A stretch of DNA of 32,000 nucleotides, from NCBI RefSeq assembly GCF_021057185.1, contig NZ_CP054059.1:120001-152000 (forward strand). The letters run 5' to 3'. The DNA is from Candidatus Absconditicoccus praedator (lineage in GTDB: Bacteria > Patescibacteriota > Gracilibacteria > Absconditabacterales > Absconditicoccaceae). This document shows positions 12,096-24,800 of the stretch, piece by piece. Every line of letters starts with the position of its first letter. Position 1 is the first letter of the stretch. The notes below the pieces were generated by a model. That model ran no database searches and had not been told where the DNA came from. It worked only from the letters and a program-made list of their open reading frames with translations. Made by a program: the position numbers and the translations under genes.

Positions 12096-12175
12096 AATAA
12101 TTTTAAATTTTGTTTTGATTTTTTATAAAAATATATATAATGTTGGATAATAAGATTTATTAATTATCTTAATTT

Positions 12176-12631
12176 ATGGAAGTTAAAGTTTATGATTGAG
12201 AAAGGTTTGAAAGAACTCAATGGTGGTATATTACATTTGTTGCGTCTTTTGTCTTATTGATAATAGCTTCATTTGTAACAGGAAATATATCAGGTATAAT
12301 TGTGCTTTTTTTGATGTTGTGATGATATTTGTTGTATTCAATAATTTCTTTGAAAAAAGTGACAATAAAAATTAGAGATGAGTGATTAAAAATATGATCA
12401 AAGTTTTTTCCTTGGGAAAATTTTTATGGTTTTGCTTTGGAGCTTGATGAACAAACAGAATCTATAAAAAATATAGTGTTTGTTACAAAAAATGCTAATA
12501 TGATTCATACTTTGGCCGATGAGCCTGATACAATAAAACAATTTGTATTGAACCTAAATGATAAGCTTCAGATGTTATCTGATTTTGAGCAATGATTTGC
12601 AGAAAGATTATGAAGAAAGCTGAAAATTTAA
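12176..12631 (+). CDS. Hypothetical membrane protein
   Basis: A 151-aa table-25 ORF with two hydrophobic N-terminal segments (WWYITFVASFVLLIIASFV; IIVLFLMLGGYLLYSII). Confidence 0.55.
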
Positions 12632-12647
12632 AATTAATTCTAATAAT

Positions 12648-12926
12648 ATGGCTGCTGAGTCTTCAAACGCATTTAAAGAATTTTTAGAGGAAAATAAACA
12701 ATGACTTAATAGTCTGGAGACTTCTATAGTAGAATCAAACTGCAATAAAATGTTGGATTTTTTGTATAATGAAGATGTTAATGTTTTTTTCAAATTGCTT
12801 GAAAAGTCAAAAAAATATAAAAATTGATTAATAATAAAAAAATTTTTAAGTAAAATAGATAGTGAGTCTGAATATACTGACACACAAAAAGAAGCATTAT
12901 CAGTAGCAAAATCTTATATAAGCTAA
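12648..12926 (+). CDS. Hypothetical small protein
   Basis: A 92-aa table-25 ORF (MAAESSNAFKEFLEENKQGLNSLE...) that continues the same-strand gene series. Confidence 0.45.
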
Positions 12927-12952
12927 TATTTTAATTTTAATGTTGATTCAGT

Positions 12953-13423
12953 ATGGAATGATATAGAACAGTTTGACATAAAGATATATGGAGTATTTTT
13001 TTGGTATTATTGAATTGATTATCAGTTTTGATATTAATAAATGCTTGGGCGGTTTTGATATTGTTGTGATGGGATATCCCTTGGTATTATTACCTTGCTA
13101 TAGTTGTTTTTGGTTTTGGGTTTTATGTGGTAATAAGAATAGTTAATTGAATTAGTTATGAATTTGACAAATCTTGAATTACTATAAACTCAGTTTGAAA
13201 CAAAAAATATTTTATAGAAAAGCACAATATAGAAAAAGTTGAATATATATGAAAAGAGTCTTGGTTCAAATGATTTTGAGTTAGGTATAATTTTTTTACT
13301 TGAGAAGTTTTATTTACTACAGGTTTGAATAATATATATAAGATATATACCACAGATTGAAGGCAAATTCTTATTTCTCCAAAAATTTTTAAAAAAGAGT
13401 TTTTCACATATTTCAATTATTAG
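12953..13423 (+). CDS. Hypothetical membrane protein
   Basis: A 156-aa table-25 ORF. Two TM-like segments (IWSIFLVLLNGLSVLILINAWAVLILL; YYYLAIVVFGFGFYVVI) are followed by a soluble tail. Confidence 0.55.
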
Positions 13424-13562
13424 TTTTGATATTTGGTTTATCCTAAGCAAGTTGTATTTTTTGTATAAAATTGAAATAATTTTGAAATATAATTTCTGCT
13501 TGATTTTTGTTGTTCAAATGAGTAGTATTTTTATGTAGTTATTTATGTATAAAAATATTAGA

Positions 13563-14165
13563 ATGAAAAAATTATATATTAATGCATCACCCAATTGAGA
13601 AAATTCATATTCTAAAGTTTTGTGAGATTATATAGACTCAAAAATCGTCTGAGAAACTGATTTTGTAGATTTGATAAAATCAGAAGTGCCTTTTCTTACA
13701 AGTGAATCTTTGGGTTATCATTTTGGCAAACTGGATTATGATGGTCTTTCTTCTGAATCAAAAATAATTGCAGATACTCAGCAAAATTATATAAATAAGT
13801 TGTTGGAAGCTGAAATTCTTATAATTTCTACTCCAATGTGGAATTTTGGTATGCCAGCTATTTTAAAAGCTTACTTTGACTTGATAATAAAACCTCAGTC
13901 TACTTTTAAGATTTGAGAAAATGGTTTTGAATGACTTGTACATAATATAAAGACTGCTTATGTTGTATGAGCAAGATGATGAATTTTCAAATGAGAAAAA
14001 TCTGAAAATATGGACAATTTATCATCTGAAACTAAAAAATTATTGAATTTTATTTGAGTAAACAGTGTAAGACAATTTTGGCTGGAGTGAACAGGTGTTT
14101 TGAGTGATAACCAACTACAAGACAATTTATCAAACTTGAAGAAAGAAATAGATGAAGTGGTTTAA
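13563..14165 (+). CDS. azoR: Flavodoxin-like fold FMN-dependent NADH-azoreductase-like protein
   Basis: The 200-aa translation includes MKKLYINASPNGENSYSKVL and ILIISTPMWNFGMPAILKAYFDLII, which resembles the AzoR/acyl-carrier-protein phosphodiesterase family signature. Stop TAA at 14163-14165. Confidence 0.65.
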
Positions 14166-14212
14166 TTTAAAAAATTTTAGAGGATTTTAATTTTCTATTT
14201 GTCTAACAAATT

Positions 14213-15274
14213 ATGTATAAAAATAAAAATGATGACTGATTTAATAATTTAGCATTTCAATATTTTGAAGCTATACAAGAATGAACTATTGTTTCAAAAA
14301 CTGATATAGACTGAAATATCACATACGCAAACGAAAAATTTTGTGAAATTTCTGGATACACTCGAGAAGAGCTGATTTGAAACTCTCATAATATGGTAAG
14401 ACATCCTGAAATGTCGGATGAGTTTTTCGCAGATATGTGGGATACAATAAAAAATAAAAAACAACCATTTTGGTGAACAATCAAAAATCAAAAGAAGAAT
14501 TGATGATATTATTGGGTAAAAGCTATGGTGAAGCCTATACTGGATGAAAATTGAAACATATTGGAGTTTATATCTTTAAGGCAGGATATTACTAAAGAAA
14601 AAGATTTTGAAGAAAAGATTAAAAGACAGTATGATTTTATAACATATGCATTCAATAAGTATGTTTCTCAAAATCTTATAGAAAAAATAATTTCAGAAAA
14701 CAAGTTGCCTACTGATTTTGAAAAAAGAAATCTTACTGTAATGTTTGTAGATATGGAAGATTATACATTTCTTACTGATAAGTTTGGTACAAAGAAAGTG
14801 GTGGAATTATCTTCTTTGTTTTTCAAGTATATTGTAAAATATGTTCAAAAATATTGAGGAAGTGTTGATAAGTATATTTGAGATAATGTAATGTGTGTGC
14901 GAAACTGATTTGAAGAAAATGAGTTTCATTCACAAAATGCTTGTAAGGCTGCTTTAGAAATTATTGGGAATATTTCTGAATTTAAAAATGAAGTAAAAAA
15001 AATTTTGTTGGATGATGTGAATATTCGTATATGAATAAGTAGTTGAGATTGTTTGGTATGAAATATTTGAACAGATGTAAAGTTTGATTATACTGTTATT
15101 GGATGACCTGTAAACTTAGCTTCTAGACTTGAGTGAGCAAACAAAAGATTTTGAACCAATATCTTGATAGACTATTTTTGTTATGAAAATATAAAAAATT
15201 CTCTTCAAGCAGATTTTATTGGTAATATAAAAATTCGTTGATTTCACAAAAAAGTTGATGTGTATTCTTTGTAG
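14213..15274 (+). CDS. PAS-domain sensor fused to a class III adenylate/guanylate cyclase domain
   Basis: The N-terminal half looks like a PAS domain (TIVSKTDIDGNITYANEKFCEISGYTREELIGNSHNMVRHPEMSDEFFADMWDTIKNKKQPFWGTIKNQKKNGGYYWV). The C-terminal half looks like a cyclase (RNLTVMFVDMEDYTFLTDKFG...YGGSVDKYIGDNVMCV...[38 protein letters not shown]). Confidence 0.8.
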
Positions 15275-15346
15275 TTGTTTTCAAAAATTCTTAAACTTGC
15301 TTTTAGATCTGTTTTATTTTTTTGTTGAATTGGTTTTCTAAAAAAC

Positions 15347-16123
15347 TTAATTTAACTCCAAGAAAAAACTTTTTTTCTTTATTACATTTGCAAAATTTTC
15401 TCAAAGTTTTGGGTCTATACTCATAGAAATTTTATACAACCTATTGATACTTGTGTGATACTTTCAAAGATCTATAATTTTTTCTATAACTTTATAGTCA
15501 ATAATTTTTTTGTATTTTTTTAGAATTTTTTTGGTTAGTTCTTGATTGTATTTTTCTACAATAATATCTGGACTATACAAGCTTTCAAGTAAGGCTAATT
15601 CTATACATGAATACTGGAACACGTTTTTTCAAATTTTTGTCTTGTTGGTGTGTTTTTTTAGTTTTTTGAAAATGTTTTCTTTTCAAGTTTTATATTTTTT
15701 AAAATTTACATACTTTCAGGAAAGTACAACCTCCTTGGCTTGTTTGTTTGGATTTATTATTTGAATTTCTTCTGGTATAGAAAAATCATTTATGTTTAAT
15801 TGTAGTGCTTTTATTCATCAAATATATCGATCTTTATCAAAATTTTCTTTGCAGTGATTTTTTAGTATATCCCAGTAATATTTTTCTATTAGATCTTCTT
15901 CTGTAATTTCTGTATTAGGATCTTTTACAAAAAAAATGTTTTTTTTGATTGATACGATGTATCATCTATTTTTTAGGTAATAAATAATTTTGTATGCTTT
16001 GGAGTCATTGTAGTTTGTATCTAGGATGTTTTGTACTATTTTTTTTATTTTTTGTGTTGATACAATCTTATTTTTGCTTTTTAATATTTTCTTAACAACA
16101 TTGTTGAAATAAGTGTTTTTCAT
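15347..16123 (-). CDS. Hypothetical protein, weakly AbiEi-antitoxin-like (wHTH)
   Basis: This is the only minus-strand gene in the left 29 kb, at 258 aa under table 25. AYKIIYYLKNRGYIVSIKKNIFFV and YIGGIKALQLN...FQYSCIELALLESLY resemble the AbiEi pattern. The family call rests on memory alone. Confidence 0.5.
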
Positions 16124-16287
16124 TTTCCTGTCTATTAGGCTATTTAAAGTAAAAAATTTATAACGATTTTTCTATAAAAATCAACATAAAGTTTCTATAA
16201 AAATTTTAAGAAAGTGTCTATTGAAATTAATTAAAAAAACTGTAAAACTATTTCAGTCAATTCAGGAAGTAATATGTAAGAATTTAT

Positions 16288-16575
16288 ATGTTAAATAATG
16301 TTTTAATGCAGCAGTTGAAATTATTTATGTGTGATAATGTATCTTGCAAAACAGTAAATATTGAGTCTATAGCTGCTGCATTTAGAAGGGTCTGAGATTC
16401 TACATATGAGGTGATCCTAGAGATTAATTCAAATAAGTTTTTAATTCTTTTTCAAACTACTATGAATAAAATAGAACAATTTGAGGTACTTGCTGTTAAG
16501 TGATTTGTGTCAGTTAGTAAAAATATTCTTAAGACATTAAAAAGGATTGTATACAAATTATATTTTGAATACTAG
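16288..16575 (+). CDS. Hypothetical small protein
   Basis: A 95-codon table-25 ORF (MLNNVLMQQLKLFMCDNVSCKTVNIESIAAAFRRVGDSTYEV...). I recognise no family and it could be non-coding. Confidence 0.35.
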
Positions 16576-16678
16576 CATTCTAATTTTTTGTTTTGTTGAT
16601 TAGAAAGAAAAAATTATTATTTATGTTGCTAAAATATCATTAGTTGATATGAAATATTTAAATTATAACTAAGTTTTT

Positions 16679-17011
16679 ATGGCTTGAGGAAAAGTAATAG
16701 AAGTAAACGATCAACAATTTGAGCAAGAAGTTTTGAATTCCGATATTCCTGTAATAGTAGATTTTTGGGCACCTTGGTGTGGTCCTTGTAACCAATTTGC
16801 TCCAACTTTTGAAAATCTTTCTGTTGATTATGAATGAAAAGTAAAATTTGTAAAAGTAAATGTAGATGAAAGCCAGCAATATGCTGCTAATTATGGAGTG
16901 ATGAGTATACCAACATTACTAATTTTCAAAAACTGACAAATCCAGGGTGAGCCTATGATGGGTGTTCAATCAGTGGATGTGATAAATCAAAGATTAAATG
17001 AGGTTTTATAA
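16679..17011 (+). CDS. trxA: Thioredoxin
   Basis: [42 protein letters not shown]...[15 protein letters not shown]. The WCGPC active site lies at 16775-16789, with Trp encoded by TGG. Confidence 0.93.
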
Positions 17012-17077
17012 AAACTATACCTTGAAGTTTTTGTTGCCTTTACAATAAAATATCTACTTTCTTTATAATAACTCAAA

Positions 17078-17728
17078 ATGAAAAAATTTAACTATCCGGA
17101 TTATTGTTGAGATAGTGTATTGAGAGTTTCAGTTGCAAACAAAGTTTCTTTGTTTCAAGAAAAATTAGTAGGTATTTTGAATAAGAATAGTTTAGAACAA
17201 AGTTGAGAAAGAGTATTAACTTGTGTGTGATGAGCAGCACAAGTTTTTGATTATGAGTATCTAAAAAGATTGGGTGCTTTTGATTTTTCAGTAAACGAAG
17301 ACTGAACTTATGATGCAAGGTTTTATATACCAAAGGAGATTCAATATCAAATTATAAGAGAAATTTTGGAGAAAAGAGAAAAGCTGGTGGAGTTTGATCC
17401 TTGAAGAGAGGTGCTAGAAGAGCTATCTATTGAAAAGGTATGAGATCAAGAAGATGTGATTTTGGATATAAAAGATGCTTTGGAAATTACTTATAAGTAT
17501 CTTGGTAGTTATGTATGAATGCGTAAATCTACAAGAAATCCAAAAGTTCAAACAATTGCTATATGGAATTATTTTGCATGAGAGCTTCCAGAGGATGTTG
17601 CTCAAAAATTGTTTGCAAGTAGTTATTTGTTTCAGATATGATCTCAAGAACTAGATAGGGGAATGTATTCTAATATATATCCATTATGAGAAGATATCAG
17701 AAAGGCTTTATCTTTTGAAACAAAATAG
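17078..17728 (+). CDS. Hypothetical protein
   Basis: A 216-aa table-25 ORF (MKKFNYPDYCGDSVLRVSVANKV...). I recognise no family. Confidence 0.55.
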
Positions 17729-17730
17729 TT

Positions 17731-18039
17731 ATGTGATTTATATTAGTGTATGTTGTAAATTCTGATAATAAAGAAGCAGATACGGTAATTTCTCATTTAT
17801 TGGAACAAAAGCTCATAGCCTGTGCCAATAAATTTTCTATACAAAGTAGTTTTATGTGGAAGTGAAATCTTGAAAATGAAAATGAAGTGGTGGCGTTGTG
17901 CAAGTCTATGGAGAGAAATTGGTCAAAGATCAAATCTGAAGTTGAGAAAGTACATTCTTATGAAACTCCTTGTATAATAAAAGTTCAATCAGAAGCCAAC
18001 AAAGAGTTTGAAGAATGGGTGGATAGTGAAGTTTTGTAG
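17731..18039 (+). CDS. cutA: Divalent-cation tolerance protein CutA
   Basis: The 102-aa translation (MGFILVYVVNSDNKEADTVISHLLEQKLIACANKFSIQSSFMWKGNLENENEVVALCKS...VHSYETPCIIKV) fits the CutA1 pattern. Confidence 0.8.
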
Positions 18040-18166
18040 TTTTTTATCAAATTTTATTGAAATTTTTGGGTTGTTTTGTAAAATTAAGTTGTTTATTGGT
18101 AAAAATGTTTGTATGAAAGTGTATACTATGAAATTCTATTTTTACAAGAATCAATGTTTAATCCAA

Positions 18167-18197
18167 AACAAGAGTTTTTCTGACTCTTGTTTTTTTT
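18167..18197 (+). terminator. Rho-independent terminator-like hairpin 20 nt upstream of the cas12a ATG
   Basis: A perfect 9-bp stem AACAAGAGT (18167-18175) / ACTCTTGTT (18183-18191) with a 7-nt loop, followed by a T-run. A perfect TATAAT lies at 18197-18202. Confidence 0.7.
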
Positions 18198-18217
18198 ATA
18201 ATTAAAACGAAATAAAA

Positions 18218-21200
18218 ATGACAAACTTCAAAGACTATACAAAACTTTATGAAATATCTAAAACCTTGAGATTTGAATTGAAACCAATCTGAAATACACT
18301 AGAGAATCTAAAAAAAGATTGAATTATCCAAAAAGATAGACAAGTACAAGAAAACTATACAAAAATAAAAGATTATTTTGATGATTTACATCGTGAATTT
18401 GTAAAACAAGCTTTGCAAGATGTATATTTGAATCAGTTAGAAGATTTTTATAATTCTTATATTGAATTAAACAAATCTCCTGAAAATAAGAAAAATAAAC
18501 AATTACAAAAAAAATTTGAAAAAGCATCCAAAGATCTGAGAAAAGAACTTGTGAAATTTTTTGAAGCTCAATGAAATAAGTGGAAACAAGAATATTCTTT
18601 TCTAAAAAAATGATGAATCGCAGTATTAAACGAAAAAGAAGTCTTGAAACTTATGTGAGAATTCTATCCAGAACAAAAAGATTTATTTGCTAAGTTTGAT
18701 AGTTTCTTTACTTATTTTGTAAATTTTAATGAATCAAGAAAAAATTTTTATGTTGATGATGGTAGAGCAGGTGCAATTGCTACCAGAGCTATTGATGAAA
18801 ATCTAATTACTTTTATCAAAAATATACAGGACTTTCAAAATTTCAAAAATAACTTTCCTGAATTTGTAAAAAATGAACTATCACAAGATGAACAAGCAGT
18901 TTTTGAATTAGATTTTTATAATAACTGTCTTTTGCAAGATTGAATTGATAATTACAATAAGATTTTGTGAGGTTATTCATTAGAAAATTGAGAAAAAATA
19001 CAGTGAATAAATGAAAAAATAAATTTATTCAAACAAAAACAAACTCATTCCAATAAGAAAGACATAAAATTTCCTAAATTTAAACTGCTTTACAAACAAA
19101 TACTTTCAGAAAAAGCTAAACAATCTTTTATAGAAGAATTAGAAGATGACAATGAAATGATTGAATTTATAAAAGAAAGTATTTCAAGAAATAAAGAAAA
19201 ATCAAATCAAGCCAAAAAGCTTATAGAATCTTTTATTTTCAAAAATAAAACTTATGAATTAGATAAAATATATTTAAGTAAGCAAGCTATAAATACTTTA
19301 TCAAGCAAATATTTTTCTGCTTGGGATTATATTAGATGATATTTTGGTAAATGAGAAATTGCAGATTTTGTGAGTTTTGAAGATTTGAAAGAAGTTTTGG
19401 AAAGTATTCCCTATGAAAAGCTTGAAGATGTATTCAAACATATTTATACAAAAGAAAATATTGTTTTTGAAAACAAAACTTTGTATCAAAACTTTTTGAA
19501 TGTATTTTACTATGAATTCAACAAAAATATTGATGAATTAATCCAATACGAACAATCTTTGAATCCTATTTTATCAAGCTTTGAAAAAAATAAGGAAAAT
19601 ATATGAGTTATTAAAAATTACTTTGATGCAGTTTTGTCAGTTTATAGTATGATGAAATATTTTGTATTGGAAAAAAATAGAAAAAAAGTAGAAGACAAAG
19701 AAACTGATAATAATTTTTATAATGAATTAAATGATTATTATACAGATTATGAGATTTGGAAGGATTACAATTTGGTAAGAAATTATTTGACCAAAAAGAA
19801 AGTAAAAACTGATAAGTTTAAATTAAACTTTGATAATTCTCAATTCCTTACTGGTTGGGATAAAGACAAAGAAAAAGAAAGACTTTGAGTAATTCTAAGA
19901 AAAGATTGAAACTATTATTTATGAATACTAAAAAATAATAAGCTTTTTGTAAATTATGATTACAGTTGATGAGAGTTTTATGAAAAGATGAACTATAAAC
20001 AATTAAATAATGTTTATAGACAGCTACCAAGATTGCTTTTCCCATTACAGAAAAAATTAGACTCTCTTTCTTGAAATGAATTAGATAAATATTTGTCAAA
20101 ATACATTGAAAAATTTGGTTATAATGAGGAAATTGCTAATATCAAAAAAGAATTTGATGAGTTTCAAGCAAGCAAAGAACAATGAGAAAAATTTGATCCC
20201 AAAAAATTAAAAAAACTTATCAATTATTACAAAAATGGATTATTGTTTTTGTATGGTGATGTGTATGATTTATCTGCCATAAAGTCAAAAGAATATGATG
20301 ATTTAGCTACATTTTATAAAGACATTGAAGAAAAAATGTATTCTCTAAACTTTAGCAAAATCGATTCAAACTTTATTGATGAAAAAGTGCAATCTTGAGA
20401 ATTATACCTTTTCCAAATATACAACAAAGATTTTGCCCCTGGTAAAAAAGCTTGAAGCAAAGAAAATATTCATACCAAATATTTCAAACTTTTATTTGAT
20501 CCAAAAAATTTAGAAAACTTAACTATCAAACTTTCTGGTGGTGCAGAAGTGTTTTTTAGAGACAAAACTGATGATTTGAATAAAGTGCTTGATAAATCTG
20601 GTAAAGAAGTAATACAACACAAAAGATATTCTCAAGATAAAATACTTTTCCATATTTCCACCACATTGAATGCAAATAAATGAGACAAATATCAATTCAA
20701 TCAAATGATAAATGAATATCTAAATAAAAATAAGGATATCAAAATTATTTGAATAGATAGATGAGAAAAGCATTTGGCATATTATTCTGTGATTGATAGA
20801 AATTGAAATATTATTGAAGTAGATACATTAAATAAAGTAAATTGAGTTGATTATTTGGAAAAATTGGAAGCTATAGAAAAATCAAGAAAAGATGCAAGGG
20901 TTAGTTGGTGAGAAATAGAAAATATCAAAGAACTAAAAAATGGTTATATCTCTCAAGTAGTTAACAAGTTGGCTGATTTGATAATAAAACACAATGCTAT
21001 TATAGTTTTTGAAGATTTGAATCAATGATTCAAGAGATGAAGACAAAAAATAGAAAAGCAGGTGTATCAAAAATTAGAGCTTGCTTTGGCAAAAAAATTA
21101 AATTATCTAACTTACAAAGACAAAGAACTTGATCAAGCAGGTGGTTATCTAAATGCTTGGCAGTTGGTACCCAAAGTTAATGATTATCAAGATATAGCAA

Positions 21201-21841
21201 AATATAAGCAATCTTGAATAATGTTTTATATTAGAGCAAATTATACTTCTACTACTTGTCCTTGTTGTTGATTTAGAAAAAATGTTTATATTTCAAATTC
21301 TGCTACCAAAGAAAAACAAAAGAAATTTTTTGAAAATGTAGCTATTAGTTTTGATGGAAACAAATTTGTCTTTGATTATGAAATTGTGCCAGACAAGAAG
21401 AAAAAAACAAACAAGACTAAATTTTCTATCAATAGTTCAAACAATAGATTAAGATTTAATACTAGAAAAATGGAAGTAGAAGAAATTGATATTACTGCTT
21501 GATTGAAAGATTTGTTTGCAGATATAGATTTGGATAGAGATATAAACCAGCAAATTTTGGGAAAAGATTCTAAGTTTTATAAGTCTTTGACTTTTTATTT
21601 CAATTTGCTTTTGCAGTTGAGAAATTCAGATAGTAAAAATGATATAGACTATATTATATGTCCATCTTGTGATTATCATAGTAAGGATTGATTGCAATGA
21701 AAAGCTTTTAATGCTGATGCAAATGGTGCATACAATATTGCTAGGAAATGAATTATGATTTTGGATAGGATAGATGCAAATCCTGAAAAGCCTGATTTGT
21801 ATATTTCTGATGATGATTGGGATAGATTTGTGCAAGGGTAA
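18218..21841 (+). CDS. cas12a: Cas12a (Cpf1), type V-A effector nuclease
   Basis: 1207 aa under table 25. The N-terminus is [31 protein letters not shown], and [11 protein letters not shown] is present. RuvC-I is [16 protein letters not shown] (GIDRGE = 20750-20767, both Gly encoded by TGA). The bridge helix is [22 protein letters not shown]. RuvC-II is [15 protein letters not shown] and RuvC-III is [14 protein letters not shown]. Stop TAA at 21839-21841. Confidence 0.97.
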
Positions 21842-21868
21842 AGTTTTTATTTATTAAAATGAAATATA

Positions 21869-24800
21869 ATGACAAATATAAAAGATTTACAAAATTTGTA
21901 TGAAGTAAATAAGACGGTGAGGTTTGAATTGTTGTCAATGTATTGAAATGAGGAAAGGTTTGATTTAGAAGTTTTTGATGATCTAAATTTCCTAAATGAT
22001 TTGCTAGATTTAGAAAAAAATATCAAACAAATTGAAATAAAAACAGATTGAAAATCATTTCAAAATTTATTGGATAATAATATTTTAAATGATATTATAG
22101 AAAAATCATTTCAAATTTTAAAAAATGAAATTTGTAGAATTATATATAATTGAGTAGTTTATGATACAAAGCCACAATCTAAAAAAAGTCAATATCAGTC
22201 TAATTTGGAATCTTTTACATGAAAAAATATAGATTATTTTAAACCAAAATGATTTGTAGGTAGAGATTATACACCCTGAGAAGATTTTTCTTATTCAAAA
22301 AAATCTGAATTGTTTTATTCATTGAAATTGATTTGAAAACTTGCATATGATAATGATTTTTTGGATAAATTAACTAAAGAAAGTAAAGAAAAATTACAAA
22401 TGATAAATAAATTTAATCCTAACTCAGAAAGCTTTTTTGAGACATTTACATTAAATCCATATACAGTAAATAGATGGAAATTAGAAGAAATTCAAAAAAA
22501 ATATAAAATTGTAAAAAGTAATTTTAATAAAGAAAAAAAAATAATAAATAATGAGTGAAAAAAAATAATAAATGAAACTTTAGAAAATGATATTTTTGAA
22601 AATAAATCAGAAGATAAAAAAATAAAATATTATAAAACAGTTTTTAATAATATACTTAAAAGTTGTGATAATAATGAAGATGATTTGTCTCATATTTATT
22701 TGTTAACCAACAAAATAGACTCTATACAAAATGATAAGAAATTGAATAATAAAATTGAAATAAAGAAAAATAGAATAAATGATTTAAAAAGAAAAATGAG
22801 AGATATTAATAAAATTAATTCTGAACTTTTAGGTTATAAAATTCATTTGATAGATAATTTTTGAATAGAGAAGTATAGCTTTTTGGTACAGTCAGAAAAT
22901 TATTATTTTTTGTGTCAAAAGAATTTTGAAAAGTTAAGTGATTTTTTAAATTATATAGAAACATTAAAACATTGAGATTCTGAATTGATTTACATTGATA
23001 GTATGACTTTTTGGGGATTTCAAAAAATGTTTTTATCTGAAAAAAGTGATGTAAAGTTTACGGATTGAAGCAATATAGAAGATTTGAATAAAAAAATAAT
23101 TGAGTTAGACAATAAAATATTTGAAACAAAAAGATGAATTGTTGATGAGTATGAGAAAAGAAAAAAAGAATTAGCTGACTCAATTAAAAACTCTATTGAG
23201 AATAAAGAAACAAATGATGATGTTAATAAGTTTCTTAATTTTATATGAAAAGAAAATATTGATGAATTAGTTAATAAAAAAGGAAAATTTGTTTATGATA
23301 AAAATTTAAACGAATATTGTAGAAACTATTTTAATTTAGATGAGATAGAAAAAGAATTTGATTTAGAAAATTTACAAAAACAATATCTAAATTTAGTTAT
23401 TGATTTGTTAGAAAAGATAAAAGATAAGAAATATGTACTATGAACAGAGGAAAAAGATTTGGCTTTTTTATGAGATATTACTAATTTTAAAAATGAAGAT
23501 AAAACTTTAGAAGATTTTAAAAATTATTTTGATGATGTATGATATTGAATAGAGACTAAAAATGTTGATTTGGATGCTATTTTATCACTTGCTAAAAAAT
23601 GAGAAATAGATATTTTTCAAATAAAATCAAAAGATATGCCATATCATGAAAGTTTTGTTAATGAAAATAATTGTGGAATAACTGATACAGCTTTGAATGA
23701 TAAAAAACTACCAAATTCCAAAAAAGACTTACAAACTTATTATTTTGAGTCATTCTTTGAAGATATAAAAAATAATAATAATTTTTCTAGAATATGAGCT
23801 GATTATAAAATTAGATGAGTAAATGCAAGTGCTAATATATGAGATGAAATAGAGAGTTTTTGGCAAAAAGAGAAAAACCAAAAAAGGCATGGGGACAAAA
23901 AAGATAAAATAAATAACTTTGTCACAAGATTTAAAAGAAATAGAAAATATGTTAACTTTTTTATGAAATTAAATGCTACAAATCATAATGATTTTGATGA
24001 AGTTAATAAAAAAGTTAGTAAACATATAAATGACAAGAAAAAAAGTAATAAATCACTAAAAGTATTGTCCATGGATCATTGAGAAAGTAGTTTTCTAACT
24101 TATAAAATATATGAATTCAAATTTGAGGATAGCGGAGGTTATAGTATAAATTTGTTAGATGATTGATGAAATTTTGATAATTTTCAGTTGAATACATCCA
24201 AAGATAAAATTGATAAATTTCAAAATGTAATACAAGAAAAAAGTCCTCAAGATAAGCAGTTTGATGAATTGATTTGAAACTATATTACTAAATATCACCA
24301 AATTATCCAAGATCAAAAAAGGGAAAGGCAGGTACAAGAATGAATTAAAGAATTTGCTAGCAAAGCTATCTCTAATATAAAAGAAATTGTAAGTAATGAT
24401 GAGGTTGACAATAATTGTCCTGAAGTTTCTAAATATACTATAGATAAAGTATTTTCTTTTATAAATTCAATTGTTAATGATTATGACATAAAAAATAAAA
24501 ATAATATTTTTACAATTCTTGAAAAAAATAAATTTAATTATTTTAAATATGAATTTTATAAAACACATCCAGATCAAAGAAACTTAAAAGAAGAGATTGA
24601 TAAATATATTTTTTGAATTCAAGAATTGCTTGAAGATAGAAATAAATTAGATGATTTTTGTAAAGAGATAAAATCTTCCTTTGATTGAATAAGTGAATCA
24701 GATCAAAAAAAATTAGAAAATACAGAATTCTTTAAGTATAAGAACAACTTTAAAACAAGCTTATCACAGATAAATAATTTAAAAAAGTGATATTCATCAG

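Noticed and set aside
18008-18205. Track ORF 18008-18205 upstream of cas12a.
   Set aside because: It starts inside the cutA 3' end and runs through a terminator hairpin and T-run. The peptide is low-complexity and Phe/Leu/Ile-rich, typical of AT-rich non-coding sequence.
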